Assembly: GCA_004764695.1 (NCBI GenBank)
Contig: SMSO01000032.1
Location: 4,062,483 to 4,126,482 of the forward strand
Source of the DNA: Schizochytrium sp. TIO01
Taxonomy: Eukaryota > Protista > Bigyra: Labyrinthulomycetes
Length of the DNA: 64,000 nt
Direction of reading: 5' to 3'
Below are positions 14,101 through 26,187 of the stretch, one piece after another. Positions within the stretch are counted from its first letter, which is position 1, and each line of letters opens with the position of its first letter. Position numbers and translations under genes: made by a program. Below the pieces are notes generated by a model. It worked only from the letters and a program-made list of their open reading frames with translations. It made no database searches and was not told the origin of the DNA.

Positions 14101-17100
14101 ATGATGCCAACTCGACGGTCGGCGGCGTCGAGTCTTCAGAGACTATCGACCTCGGTCTTGCTATGATGGCATTTATGACGCGCGCGAAGAATACCGCGAA
14201 GTGTCGAGGTCCTTACAATGAATATGTAGGTACGTATTTGCCTAATATGGACGGGTATGTGCGAGCGCTTGATCTAATTAAAATGAAGATTAAAATTAAG
14301 ATTAAAATTAAGATTAAATTAAAATTAAAGAAGAAGTGCTCGGGACTCGGATTCCTCGCATTTCAAGATTGCGAAGACGGATTGCTTCAGGAGCTGTAGA
14401 ACTTGTCTCGCTGCTTGAGCATTTCCTCTGGCAGCCCCACATAACGCGCTGGTTTCCTTGCGCGAGGAGGGAAGGCGAGGTCTGGAGATTAGTTCTTGAA
14501 ACTGCAGCCGTGGTCTGGGCAGCAGCTAGCTAGCTAGCTAGCTCCCGGATCGCCGACTCTGCGGCTGATCGCTGTACCCCGAAAGCGAATTAACGCGAGG
14601 CTAGATTTATTTATTTTTATTCATTCAATACCTTCGAGGCAATCGTTGCTGGCGATTCCTCGAAAGCAAAGGTCGCACAGGCTTACGATCCGCGAAGAAC
14701 CGAACGATCGCAGACACATTCATTTCTTGGCGAGCAGAATGGCAATCTTCTTCACTGGCCCCGAGCAGTTCTGCGAAGCGCAATGGACGCAGAACCCATC
14801 GAATGCGATGTCTCAGATCGACAGGATTGATTGAATTCTGATTGAATTCGGTGTAGAGTGAGCTGGCGTTTTGACGCGTGTCGCGGCGAAGAAAGCCCTT
14901 GGAATTCCAAGGCCACATCAAATCAAACCTTGCCCTGCTTGCTTGCTTGTGGGCTTCTCCGTGGAATTCGACCTGGGCCTGTGCCCGAGCAGAGAGTCTC
15001 TCCGCTCCGCTGCCGCGAGACAGAGGACCTCGTCAATGCCGAGAGAACCAGCTCAACGTACTGACCACGGCGACAAATGAAATGCAGTCGAGCGAGCTGG
15101 GCAGTGAAGAGTCGCCGCCACTTGGATCAGTTCTGTGTTTTGGTATTTCATTTTATTGTTTAGAGAAAGAGACGCGAGGCTTGGCTTCCTTTTTAGCGAG
15201 TTTTGGGTGAGAAGGCGTGTCTGTCTGTGATTGGGATTCTGCGAAGCGCAGCGCAGTTCTGGCCTGGGGCGTTCGTAGGTCGGCACTTCATAGCAGGGTC
15301 AGGGCTTTACAAGAACTGTTTGATGAGTTCGAGCTTCACTCAAAACGATCGCAAGTACTGACTAGTATATTTCATATTCCTTCTGTTTTTGTAAGCATTA
15401 CTATTATTTTAATTAAAACAAGGTATTATTTCTTAGTTTAGATTAAATTATTTATTTTAAAATAATCCAGAGGAAAAGAAAGCAATTTGTTTCAATTGAA
15501 AAAAGAGAAAGAAAAATAGAAACTTGAGCAATCGCTCGTTTCTCGGCAATGCTTGCGCCAGAACTTCTGCACAATGCAACAGCTTAACCGAGGAAGCATC
15601 TTCAGAAAGAGCGATCAAATGGGCTGGTTGATGACCCGTATTCTAGGATCCAGTCCGCCGCGCACAGCGAGCGTCCGTTCAGACATTTTGCCATTAATCA
15701 ATATCAGCGCCGGCACCTATAATTTATAACCTAACCTAGTCTGCCAATCATTTACAATCTTTCATCTACGGTCAACGCAAACCTAAGTATGGCTCCATCT
15801 GTTTATTGTAAATTAACATGAATTAAAGTGGGTATTTAGCATGCGTTACAGCCAAGCTTCATCTTCTCTTGCCACCATTACCGTGCTTTATCTGAGCTTC
15901 TTGCATTTTATTCTAAGATGGCTTTGAACGACTCGAGAATTTGACCGCAACGCAAGCAGATTTCTTGGGTTCACTGCCGCAGGACATTATTAGTCCACAG
16001 GGAAATGAGTGGAAGTGCTGACATGGCCATGAAAAACCACAGCTTCGCAAAGCTCTTAAGTCTTACATTACTGCTCGCTTGTCCATTGTTCTACTAGCAG
16101 ATCGTTGAAACTGCTTGAGCTGCATGGCAACTCTTTGGGTCTGAGCAATCAATCTTTGGCAAGCACCCGCGTGAATTAGCGATGTCTGTCGTGTCTCATT
16201 TCATGCAAACTGGAATTATTCGGTTGTTAATTCCATGAGAAAACTCGAGTGGGAGATCAACATTGAATAGGACATGCGACGTGCATTCCGATGAGATTTC
16301 ATACCAAAGCTTCTCCTTCTTCTGGAAATTAACATTCCCAACTAAAAATCAAAACCATCATCAAATATTTAGTCTCAAAATTTCCACGTACGGGCCGTCC
16401 ATCGTGGGCCACGCTAGATAAAAAACTAAAGTCTAAGCAGTTCAGAAAGGCTGCTTCAAGGTTGGCGTCAAGATAACCTCGATGTGGATACAGATGTGCC
16501 CCATTCGGCATTATTTGTGAGAAGTCCACGAGGTCTCCAGCTTTTAAGTCATTAGATCGAATATCCCAAACTATGAGGTGTTTGTACTCTCTACATCGCT
16601 ACAACCAAACACAGGAAAGAAGTACGATCTTGGCTGGAGATAGTTGCAACTTGTGACTTAATCAACAAGACAGAGAATCCAGTTTTTCAGAACCATCACT
16701 TGGAGAAGATAATTAATTCATGGTCTTCGCGGGCTGACGCTTTGTATCTGCCTGTTTTCTTACACAATAATTATCAAGGATCTGCATGGACTCAAACACC
16801 GTGGACCACTACCTCAACTAAAAGAAGGAGTGTACGTGGACACGTTTCGCTGATGAGTGTTATGCCAAGATCAAACTCTACAGCATCCAGCACTTCTCGG
16901 TGCCCTGTGAATGAAAAATCATGATGAACTCGAATCCGAGTCGAACTGGATAAATTTAGCTCTCCGTAAATGGCTGAGCTTTAGAAGATGGATCTCTTGC
17001 AAGGCCACGAGATGAATCAGTGAAGCATCCAATCTCATGTCATGAGTTGGTTCACTATCTCTTGCATTTGAGCTCTTTCTTCAATCTTGGAGAGGCCATC

Positions 17101-18255
17101 AACGCCTAATCGTGAAAACTTAAGAAGAGAATATCATTCATAATTGATTGGTCTTGTTGGAATGCCGATTCCTGAGATCGACAAAAGTGTCGCCCGACCG
17201 ACGAACTCACCGAACAGCATTAGACCCAATCGACTCAATACGCATTCCACCTCTGTAAATGCACCTCCAGCTAGCAAGTGCTCAAAGTGAGAGGTTGGCG
17301 GACTTCATCGCGGAGAGATTGAGCTGCGCTGAAAAGCTAGCTCGCGGGGCAAGCCCTTCAACGTCAGAACAAACCAAAGAAAGCGCTGGGGCTTTCTTCT
17401 TCTACGTGGCTACCTCAAGAAAAGAAAAAAATGGAGTGCTACCTACTCTCTTAATGTAATGTACGTAGAGTCTTTTTTTCAATTTTTTAGATTGCAAGTG
17501 CGTGCATCTTCCTAAGTGCGTCTATTCTTCTCTGCTTGCCTCTTTCTATAGATACGTATCATCATCGCATGGCAACAGCTCAAAAGCACGCCAAAGAAAA
17601 GCTGATGACGTAGCAATAGCCAATTTATGCCAATCTCCATCCAGGTCGCAACTTATCTGACTTCTTAACTCAAGCCGACTCCTGAAACTTGAAAATATTC
17701 CATTTTTTAATACTGTGTTTTTATTTTTGGTTTTCATTTTATAATTTAAAACCAAGAAAACTTTCAAACAACTATATTGAACAGTGAGCATAACACTCAG
17801 CTATTGACTCCTAAGTATCCACGGGGATCATCAGCAGAACGAAAGGACGGGGACTAGACCAGTACGTCCTCTCTGCGTCCGAGGAAGCTCTCTTGGATGT
17901 GGTGAAAGAAACGAACGGAAGGCGTCTGAACCTATAGCGTTATTTACAGTACGCGAGGCCGCAAAAGACGTGGTCAGTAGCGCGTTCCTTCTACTAATTG
18001 GCAGAAACCACGCGTCCTTCGGCCGCCCTCAAAGCTTTTCTGAAACGATTTTCTTTATTTCTGTCATTTATTCACATAAGTCCTCTCGTGTCATGGTCTC
18101 CTCAACATTTTGCCTGAACTCGAAACCCGAAGTACTCGGAGTCTGCCCAGTGTTCTGTTCCATCCATTCTGTTCTGTTGCTTTTCCTCCTCATCCTTTCG
18201 AAATGATTCAACCTTTAATGTTTTATATTGTTCTTCTTTTTATTATTATTGTCAC

Positions 18256-18295
<40 letters not shown>
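18256..18295. repeat. (ATT)n microsatellite
   Basis: tattattattatt...; explains the poly-Ile ORF. Confidence 0.9.
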
Positions 18296-21161
18296 GAAGA
18301 AGAAGGGGCCTACCTACCTGTTCTGTTTTGTTCTTTTAAATTAAAAAATAAACTATTAAAATAATTTTATAGAGTTCCTCTCCGAACGACTGAGGGGGGC
18401 GGGAAGGGGAGTGAAAGGGGGACGAGGGCGGGCAGAGAGTCCATTCACACATTTGCAGAGAGAAGTAGTAATGGACAACGTATGAAAAACGAAGAAATAG
18501 AATTGTCTGCAATGCCTTCCCTGTAAGGAGAAATGGACGGGGATCATTTCTTGGGTAGCTAGCAATGGCAGAACTATGAAAAGGACCAAACACGCCAGTT
18601 TCCATCTCGATCTCCAAAGGCAAAGCATTTATGCATTTTGCCATGACTCATTTTCGCAGCTCTGAAAGGGAATATGCCTTTAATATTTTTTTTAAAAAAG
18701 AATTATAATTTTTTATTTTCATAAAGAAATAAGAAAATAGCCTTCAATCTTTCTACTGTCAGAACACGAATAAAAGAACTCATGCCACGCAAACGACCAA
18801 GCTCAGAGACCGTTTCTCTGCTCAATCGATGTGAAAAGAACCCGGGACGGCGCGTGTAAAGGCCCGTGCAAACCCACGACCTGTCGGGCGCCAGCCTGGC
18901 CTCGCTTAGGGACAAAATGCAGAGCTATCTACGGTTCTTGGACCTTTGGCTGGAGTCTTTGGGGCATTTGTTCAATGGCCTTTTGAGGATGAAAACTATG
19001 ACCTTCTTCTTTACCTCCTCTCAGGTGTTCCCTTCTTACCATATGTTCTCTAATAAGCAAAGAACGGGCATCGATTTCTTTCTTTCCTCATCTCTCATGT
19101 ACGGATGGTATCGACTAAGAAGAAGAACCGCTGCACCACTTGAAATTTGTCTGCAAGAAGGGAAATATAGTCAAAGCAGCTCTCTCTGGACCGTTTGGAG
19201 GCGCCTTTCAACTCCTTTGACTTCGCCGTTTAATGCTAGTTCTGGGAAACCAAACAGCTGTGAGGGTAGAGTTTAACGAAGACCACTGCTTTCTTGAAAA
19301 TTAGAAATCAATCCATCAGTGTGCTTGCTTGCTATAAGTCACCTGTTATGTAAAACACTAAAAGGCACGCATGCACGAACACTTTCAAATAGTTTCTTCA
19401 AGGTGAAAAATATAAATCTTAAAATAAACTTGAACTAGCTTTGAAAATTGATCCTCTCTCGCTTTCATTACGGGAGCAGAGACTCGGAAGCCGAGAGCCC
19501 GAACGGCTTAAACTTTCGATTGGCCCGCTATAATCCACGAAGCTTCACGCATCAACAAGGTTTTCAGAATTTCAGAGATCGTGTCCGTTTATGGACTCTG
19601 GGTTTTGATTGAGATACTTTAGACTGGCAGGTACTTACTTTAGTCTCCAGAACCGAATTGAGCCACGGATCTACAGGGTACGTGGTACTGTCATACTATG
19701 ATGTCAAAACATCTTGAGATAGCTGGCGATAAGTTCTATGGGTTGGCAATATTGATCAGATGAGGACATTGGCTCTCGATGTCGCCGATTTCTTCACTTT
19801 CGACCGTTCCCAAAGGACCATGCACTGCCTCTGGAGCTCTGCACGTCGGATTAGAGTCTCTTCTGAGAATGATGTCTGCAATCAAAGATTGCCTTCTTCT
19901 TCACTTCTTTCGAGTTCAATCAATCAATCGAAAGGAACTAAAACTAGTTTTATTTAATTGAGAAACAAGTTCTATTTATTTTAATCACAAAACATCAGAC
20001 AGAAGAAATAATGGAGTAGAACATTTGTTTATTGATGTGTAGGAGAGAGAGAGAGGGAGAGCCTTCTCCGATGAACCTCTGAAAAAGAAAAGAAAAAAAG
20101 AAAAGAAAAAGAAGTGATTTACAGTGCAGCACAAGTGTAGATGGGTATATGAATGAGTATGGAGCGGCATGAACTAACTACAGGCACGTACGCGACGAAG
20201 AAACCAATCATTGGCAGTGCCTGCACACAGCTTTTGAACAAAAATTGATGAAAAGGTCCAAGAACTTGGAGCAGAGAACGGAAGAAAGCTACCTACTTAC
20301 TTACTTGTTGGCGGCCTGAACTCCTTCCTCCTCCTCCGTTCATCTTTCTTCCTCCTTTCTCCATCTTTGAAAGTGCTTTATCCTGCTATCTGAAAACAAA
20401 GTCATCTCTCTTTCTCTTCATTAAATTGAAACTCTTTCGAGTCCTTTCTTTAACTTTCATCATTAAAAATAAATAAAATAAAATATATGTCTTTTAAAAT
20501 ATTAATAAATGAGGTGTTTCTCTGTTGTTACTTTACTATTTTTGTTTGCAAAAGACCTCCTTCCACTCAATTCAATTCTTGAAATGCAAAAAGCTTTTGT
20601 TTCTTTCATAGTTTAACAAGAAAAGGAGTTTTATCTCGTTAGCAGTCAGGTAGTCGAATTCGTAGTGCACGGTGCCCCGGAGGCGTTCCTTTGGGTCAGT
20701 CATTCCTTCATTCTTCGATCATCGATGATGATTCATTGCATCATTCGACACCGCTCATGAATCATGAATCGCTGACTTTGCGTGAGTTTGGATGTTCTGA
20801 TACGCATTTACCCATTTTCTACGTAGTTTATTTAGTGGATTGATTTGTGGTGAGCCAATCGTCGGTTTTTCGCCAAGTTTTGGAAATGCCGCCTCGTCAA
20901 ACTACGATGGGATGGAAAGTTGCTGTGGTTTTCAGGCATCATCGCCAATTCGATGGAGGTTATTTCGATGGCAAAGCTTTGAGCCTGAGTTTGGCGAAGG
21001 AGTCAGTTATCAGAGAAGGAGCAGAAGAGGTAGGTAGGTATGCGGAATCTATGGTCTAATTCTCTGCCTCTACTTCGAAAGCGAATTCAGTGAGGAACAA
21101 GCGTCAACGAACTCTTCTTTCTCCTTTCTCTCAACTGAAAACAAACAAAACCAACAACACA

Positions 21162-21193
21162 TAATTAATTAATTAATTAAATTAATTAATTAA
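21162..21193. repeat. (TAAT)n microsatellite
   Basis: taattaattaattaattaa read directly. Confidence 0.85.
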
Positions 21194-22431
21194 CAAATAA
21201 AGAGTTTTCTCCTCCTCAAACTTACTTCAAAACATTCTCACCGCTTCCCCAGTCGCTTACCACTTTCCTACCCGCCTCTAGGGACCTGTTCCTCCAAAAC
21301 TTTAATCCTCTTTCCTCCTTTCTCTTCCCGTCGTTGCGAAATAGTGAAAATGCAACAAAAACAAAAAGAAAAAAAGTTAAATAAAAGCTGTAAATCAAAT
21401 TTAATTTTAAATTTAAAGCCCGTAGCAAGTCAGTGCAATTAAATTAATTTTAAACCAGAAGATAACGCGGCAGCTAGTGTAAAGGATAGGAGTGTTTGAA
21501 TAGTGAATGAATATTTAAAACACTCGCCATACTAAGAAGGCGAAGAAAGAGAGAAGAGAGAGAAAGAGAGAGAAAGAGAGAGCAGCATCATCTTCGCTCA
21601 CTTTGCATCGTCAGCGATCACCAAACCCCAAACCCCGACCAGGTCAAATCCATTTCTTGGCGACATCAGAAGAGTCTGAGCCCAGCTTGCCCGGATTGAG
21701 CTAATCTGGAGCAGGAGGAGTCAGCAGAGCGAGCAAGGCAAGGCAAGGCAAGGCAAGGCCAGCGGCGTGAGCAGCGGCTGCAGCACAGCCTCGTCGAGCG
21801 CGAGCGCGGCTAGATCGAGCAGCGATTCGTGATTTTTGAATTCTTTCAAATTTTAGATTCTTTGTCTGTTTCTCTTTCCGTCTGGATAGGGAAGAAGAGG
21901 AAGTAGCAGTTGGCTAGAGACCGCTAGGGATACCGGAAAGGGGCCCGAAGGAGAGAGAGGTGTGCGTAAGCAGCAGCAGAAGCAGCAGAGACGGGTCGAC
22001 GAGCGAGCGAAGGCGTGTGCGAGGGATTGCGCCACGCACACGAGCAGCTAAGTGGGGAACTGCTGGAGATTGCAGACCCAGTGTGTACCGAAGACCGATT
22101 CTGACAACCGCCTCGATAGTTGGAGGCGAGAGTAGTGGCGGTTTGGTATTTTGCCTCAGCCGTCTCCTCTCCTCTCTGGACGCCTGTAATAAACTGGCGA
22201 GCGAGCAAACAGCACGCAAGCAAGCAATAGACTCAATTAGCGCCAGAGTTCCAGTTACATATTGGGATTGTAGAAGTTGGAGGTAGGTACCTACTAGATT
22301 GTAGGAATTCCACGCCACTCCTATCCTCGTTGAAGAGCTGTCGTGAGACTGGAACCCATTCTTTGATCAGCTGGAAAAGCAGGTAATACCTCATCATTCC
22401 TCTTACATCACAAATTCGAGCAACTGGAAAG

Positions 22432-23448
22432 ATGGCGCCTCGTGTTGAAAACGACGTCATCATGCCCGTGAACAACAGCATTGTTGTGCCTGACATGAAG
22501 GAGAACCTCGCCAAGGAGCACAACGTTGAGAATGTTGTTGCCACCCCGGTTCTTGGCAACTCTGACGAGAAGAAGCCTGCCACTGTTGTGAACGCCCAAC
22601 CTTTGGAATTCAAGGAGTGGACTATGCATTTGCCAAAGTTTATCCCGCTCGATAAAGCCTCATCTGACAATGTCGATGAGCTGAAGAACACCTACACGAA
22701 CCCGCCTAGCACTGACTTTCGCGTCCGCGATGTTGGCTACCTCGAAGGAAACAAGAAGACCACCAAGGCCCCGAAGAGGCCTTCCCCGACTTCTGCCTAC
22801 AACATTGTCGGCATTAATGTCTTCCGCTGCCACAAGTCTTTGTCCCACGTCGCAAGCAAGGTTGAGGCCCTGAAACAGTACATGGCAACTCACGGCAACC
22901 AGGACAAGTACGAGGACAGCATGCCCGAGTTCCTTGTTGTGACCTGGATGTTCAAGGCGACTTTCAAGCATGAGTACACCAGCGTCGTTCACCTCTTCCA
23001 GCGCTCCCCAAACTATAAGGTTGGTGACCAGCCTGGATTTGACCGTGCCTACGATAAGTTTGTGCACGGCGATGATGAACTCCGGAAGGGAAAGCTCAAG
23101 TTTGAGTTTAAGGTGCGCGAGGCACCGAATGCTCTTCGCAAGAGCATCAAGATGCTTGGTGGTGAGCGTCCCGTTCTTATTGGCAAGGCTCTCACTACTC
23201 ACTGCTTCGAGGGTCCCAACTATTTTGAGATGGATCAGGACGTCGGATCTAGCTATGTTGCGTCCATGCTCAACTCATCTATTCTCAAGACCAGTGGCAA
23301 GATTGTTGTTGATACATCTTGGCTCGTCGAGGCCCAGGAGGAGGAAGAGCTCCCTGAGCTTCTCCTTGGTGTGGTGCGATGGAACTATGTCAGCCTCGCA
23401 GATGTCTGCATCGAGCTCGACAAGCACTACTTGCCAAAGTCTGCCTAA
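22432..23448 (+). CDS. Stand-alone EDR2 C-terminal domain (DUF1336) protein, 338 aa
   Basis: Motifs FRVRDVGYL, GERPVLIGKAL, GPNYFEMDQDVGSS and EAQEEEELPELLLGVVR resemble the EDR2_C family; strong coding-type codon bias; AAG-ATG-G start context. Confidence 0.85.
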   Translation: MAPRVENDVIMPVNNSIVVPDMKENLAKEHNVENVVATPVLGNSDEKKPATVVNAQPLEFKEWTMHLPKFIPLDKASSDNVDELKNTYTNPPSTDFRVRDVGYLEGNKKTTKAPKRPSPTSAYNIVGINVFRCHKSLSHVASKVEALKQYMATHGNQDKYEDSMPEFLVVTWMFKATFKHEYTSVVHLFQRSPNYKVGDQPGFDRAYDKFVHGDDELRKGKLKFEFKVREAPNALRKSIKMLGGERPVLIGKALTTHCFEGPNYFEMDQDVGSSYVASMLNSSILKTSGKIVVDTSWLVEAQEEEELPELLLGVVRWNYVSLADVCIELDKHYLPKSA

Positions 23449-24236
23449 GCTGGAGTCGGGCATCCAGTGTTAGTCCTTCATCATTTGTTGAGGGAACATT
23501 ATTTTGAAAAACGGCAGAACAGCGCTGATATCGCTTCCCGTCACCCACTTAGACAACCATTTCTATCTTTCGCCATTTTGAAACAGTCGCATATTCATAG
23601 CATAGTCCTCGTTACATTACGATGATTTCTTGCATTAATATTGACGCTACGTTTCAACATCTCCTGTGTCCTTTCATTTGTTTCCTGTCATTCTAGTCCA
23701 TATCATATAGCTGCAGGTTGTTCAGGAAAACCGCACTGTCGTCCTCGTGCTACCCTTTAAAGACCAACCTCGTCTACCCTCTGGAACATACACTGCCTGG
23801 GAACAAGTCAACACGCTATCCTATCTACTCTTTCTCCTATTGCACACTCTCTTTTCACTGCAACGTCTTTTAATGAGGAAACCTGCTCTGGGAACTCGAC
23901 CATATCAAGATCTAATGCTACAGCAGCATTATTACAACATATCTACATCTTCTTCAACGGTAGAGTACATAACATCGATACTGTAATTATTCGTAACAAA
24001 ACACGATATTTCTCACTTATAAAATATACTTGCAACCTCCTACTCAAGTAGTATCCTTTCCACTGGGTTCTTACAACTGACATTGATCGTACGAAGTATG
24101 AAAGTGTCACATCTATTCTTCAACTAAAATCGATGTGGGTTTCCCCCATATGTCTTTTGACTCGCAAGGACACACTGAAAGAGTTTGACTTAAGTAACAA
24201 GGTACATATTTCTTCTAGTTTTTCAAACTTCATTCT

Positions 24237-25739
24237 CTATGATGAGTAATCTTTTCCACAAGTAAACGCAGGCGGGCGACCGTCATCGGTGATATTATTT
24301 GCAGCATAGAGACACCCTTGAACTATAATACCCCCGACATTCGCAAGTATGATGCCAAATGTGTCTGCGACTGATGCGCTGCCAAGTGCAAACTCTCTCC
24401 GATCCTCTTGGACCTCTTTTGAAATTAAAATATACCCATGAACGTAGACAGTTCCACCAAACAGACCGACCACAAAGGCTAAAGACAGCAGTCCGTAATT
24501 CCACCACAAATGATAGATACCATTGGCTGTAAAAAATGCTAAAAGGATAACTTGTGCAAGTGGCATTATCCATAGCTGAGGTCTTCGTAGCGTAATCAGG
24601 GTTCCTGAGCTTCGTGATGCAAAAACCCCCACCTGGTACATCCAATTAGCGTATACATAGAAGTCATCACGTGCACTCTTATCCTCAATTGGAAAGCCAA
24701 TAGCAGCCCACGTGCCAGACTGCATAACATATTCCGCAAAGTAAACAAGAAACAAAGGTATGGTGTACTGCCAAAGCGAAATGAAAATTTCAATGCGCTC
24801 ACGAGCTGACCATTCATGCTGAGGCCCTGTCAGCTCCCTGCGAGGCAAATGATCATGGAGACTCGAAGTTTCTTCCTCAGACTCGCTGCATGGTTCGAGA
24901 CGAACATGTTGACGAGTGCGTGCGGGCAAGAGAATCCGAAAGAATACAAAAAGGAAGGCCACGGGCAACACGTTTGCAAGGATCAAAGAGAGACGAAACC
25001 CAAACCCAAGACCTTTCGTAAGGAAGATCACCCAGAAGTAACCAAACACGCCAGCAAAACCAGTTCCGCTTGACCATGCGGTAATTGACGTTGGCCCATC
25101 GAAATACGAAGAGTAAGCTAGGAAGCTAGCCTCACCGAGCGAGCCGGCAAACGCGCCTACTGCCACACCAAAAAGTTGGAGTCCTAAACTATGCCCCATG
25201 GCCACTGTTGTTAAGCATGCTACTGTCAGAATTGCGCAAATCACCACTCGAATGTTATACGAGACCATGTGAAACCAAAATGGCGCACTTGCTTTCACAA
25301 AAAGCGAAGGAAGAACATTTGCTAAGTAAACACCACCTACGCCCTCCGCAAAGATTTGTTTTGCACCGGCATTCATGATAACAAAAGTTGAGTTATTCAA
25401 GAGACCAAGGAACCAGAACCCTAGCGCCACCTCGCCGAGCACTCCGCTGCAAGATTTTGATCGCACTACATTTGTATCATCATCATCCCGCGCGCCCTCC
25501 TCAAGAAGAGACTCATCGTGCGACCTTTCAATACGTCTATTCTCGCTTGAGCGGTTCACCAAGCGTTCTAGCTCATCGCTGACATGGTTCTCTCCTCGCA
25601 TTATGCTCACGTTCAAGGGGCGCAGCTCACTACCACAATCTTGATTTTGAGAGTTGTCCCCGAAGTCGTGCCTGCGAAAAGTATCTCGGAGAACTTGACT
25701 TCGCTTCGGTGCCAATGAATCTGGAGCCGCCTCCAGCAT
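24237..25739 (-). CDS. CLN3: Battenin/CLN3 (BTN1-like) lysosomal/vacuolar membrane protein
   Basis: FWFLGLLNN, LGEASFL, AWSSGTGFAG, PLFLVYFAEY, YQVGVFASRSS and GLFGGTVYV are CLN3-family motifs; first ATG at 25739. Confidence 0.92.
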   Translation of the reverse strand: MLEAAPDSLAPKRSQVLRDTFRRHDFGDNSQNQDCGSELRPLNVSIMRGENHVSDELERLVNRSSENRRIERSHDESLLEEGARDDDDTNVVRSKSCSGVLGEVALGFWFLGLLNNSTFVIMNAGAKQIFAEGVGGVYLANVLPSLFVKASAPFWFHMVSYNIRVVICAILTVACLTTVAMGHSLGLQLFGVAVGAFAGSLGEASFLAYSSYFDGPTSITAWSSGTGFAGVFGYFWVIFLTKGLGFGFRLSLILANVLPVAFLFVFFRILLPARTRQHVRLEPCSESEEETSSLHDHLPRRELTGPQHEWSARERIEIFISLWQYTIPLFLVYFAEYVMQSGTWAAIGFPIEDKSARDDFYVYANWMYQVGVFASRSSGTLITLRRPQLWIMPLAQVILLAFFTANGIYHLWWNYGLLSLAFVVGLFGGTVYVHGYILISKEVQEDRREFALGSASVADTFGIILANVGGIIVQGCLYAANNITDDGRPPAFTCGKDYSS

Positions 25740-26187
25740 AATCACGCCTCTCTCCGAAGCGGAATTAAGTTGAAGCTTTGATCTTCAACGTTGTTTACTC
25801 AGTACGTTCAATTTTCAAGGATACCAAGGAAATTAGAAAAAACCATGAATAAAGAGGACATATTACTAAGTCCCATTTTCAAGGACCTACGTACCCGTTA
25901 AATAATGAAGATGAGGTAAGTTTAATTGGCAAGGGGCGAGCGCATCATAGAAACCATTCCATACAGCAAGACCAGAACTAGTTTGGTGGTAATGGCGTTT
26001 AGTAATAGCAAAGTTTGCTTTGCATAGCGTTTCCAAGTAGCACCGCAAATAGCTTATATGTACAGGACGGGCAAAAGCTGTATCACCAGGAATACACTAG
26101 CTAGTTCTGCTTTATGCGAGTGAACTTTGTGATTTGACAAACAAGACTAGTTATTTCTGTCCTCCAAGCAGAGTTTCGAGCCGGATA

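Noticed and set aside
14110-14133. Hairpin ACTCGACG-N8-CGTCGAGT
   Set aside because: An 8-bp stem is expected by chance in 64 kb; no supporting context
16921-16980. ATGATGA...CTGA, C/D-box snoRNA-like spacing
   Set aside because: No terminal stem and no convincing rRNA-complementary guide recognised
95-22400. Numerous 60-136 aa ORFs in the ORF track
   Set aside because: Microsatellite-driven or random composition, many with non-ATG starts, no motifs or codon bias
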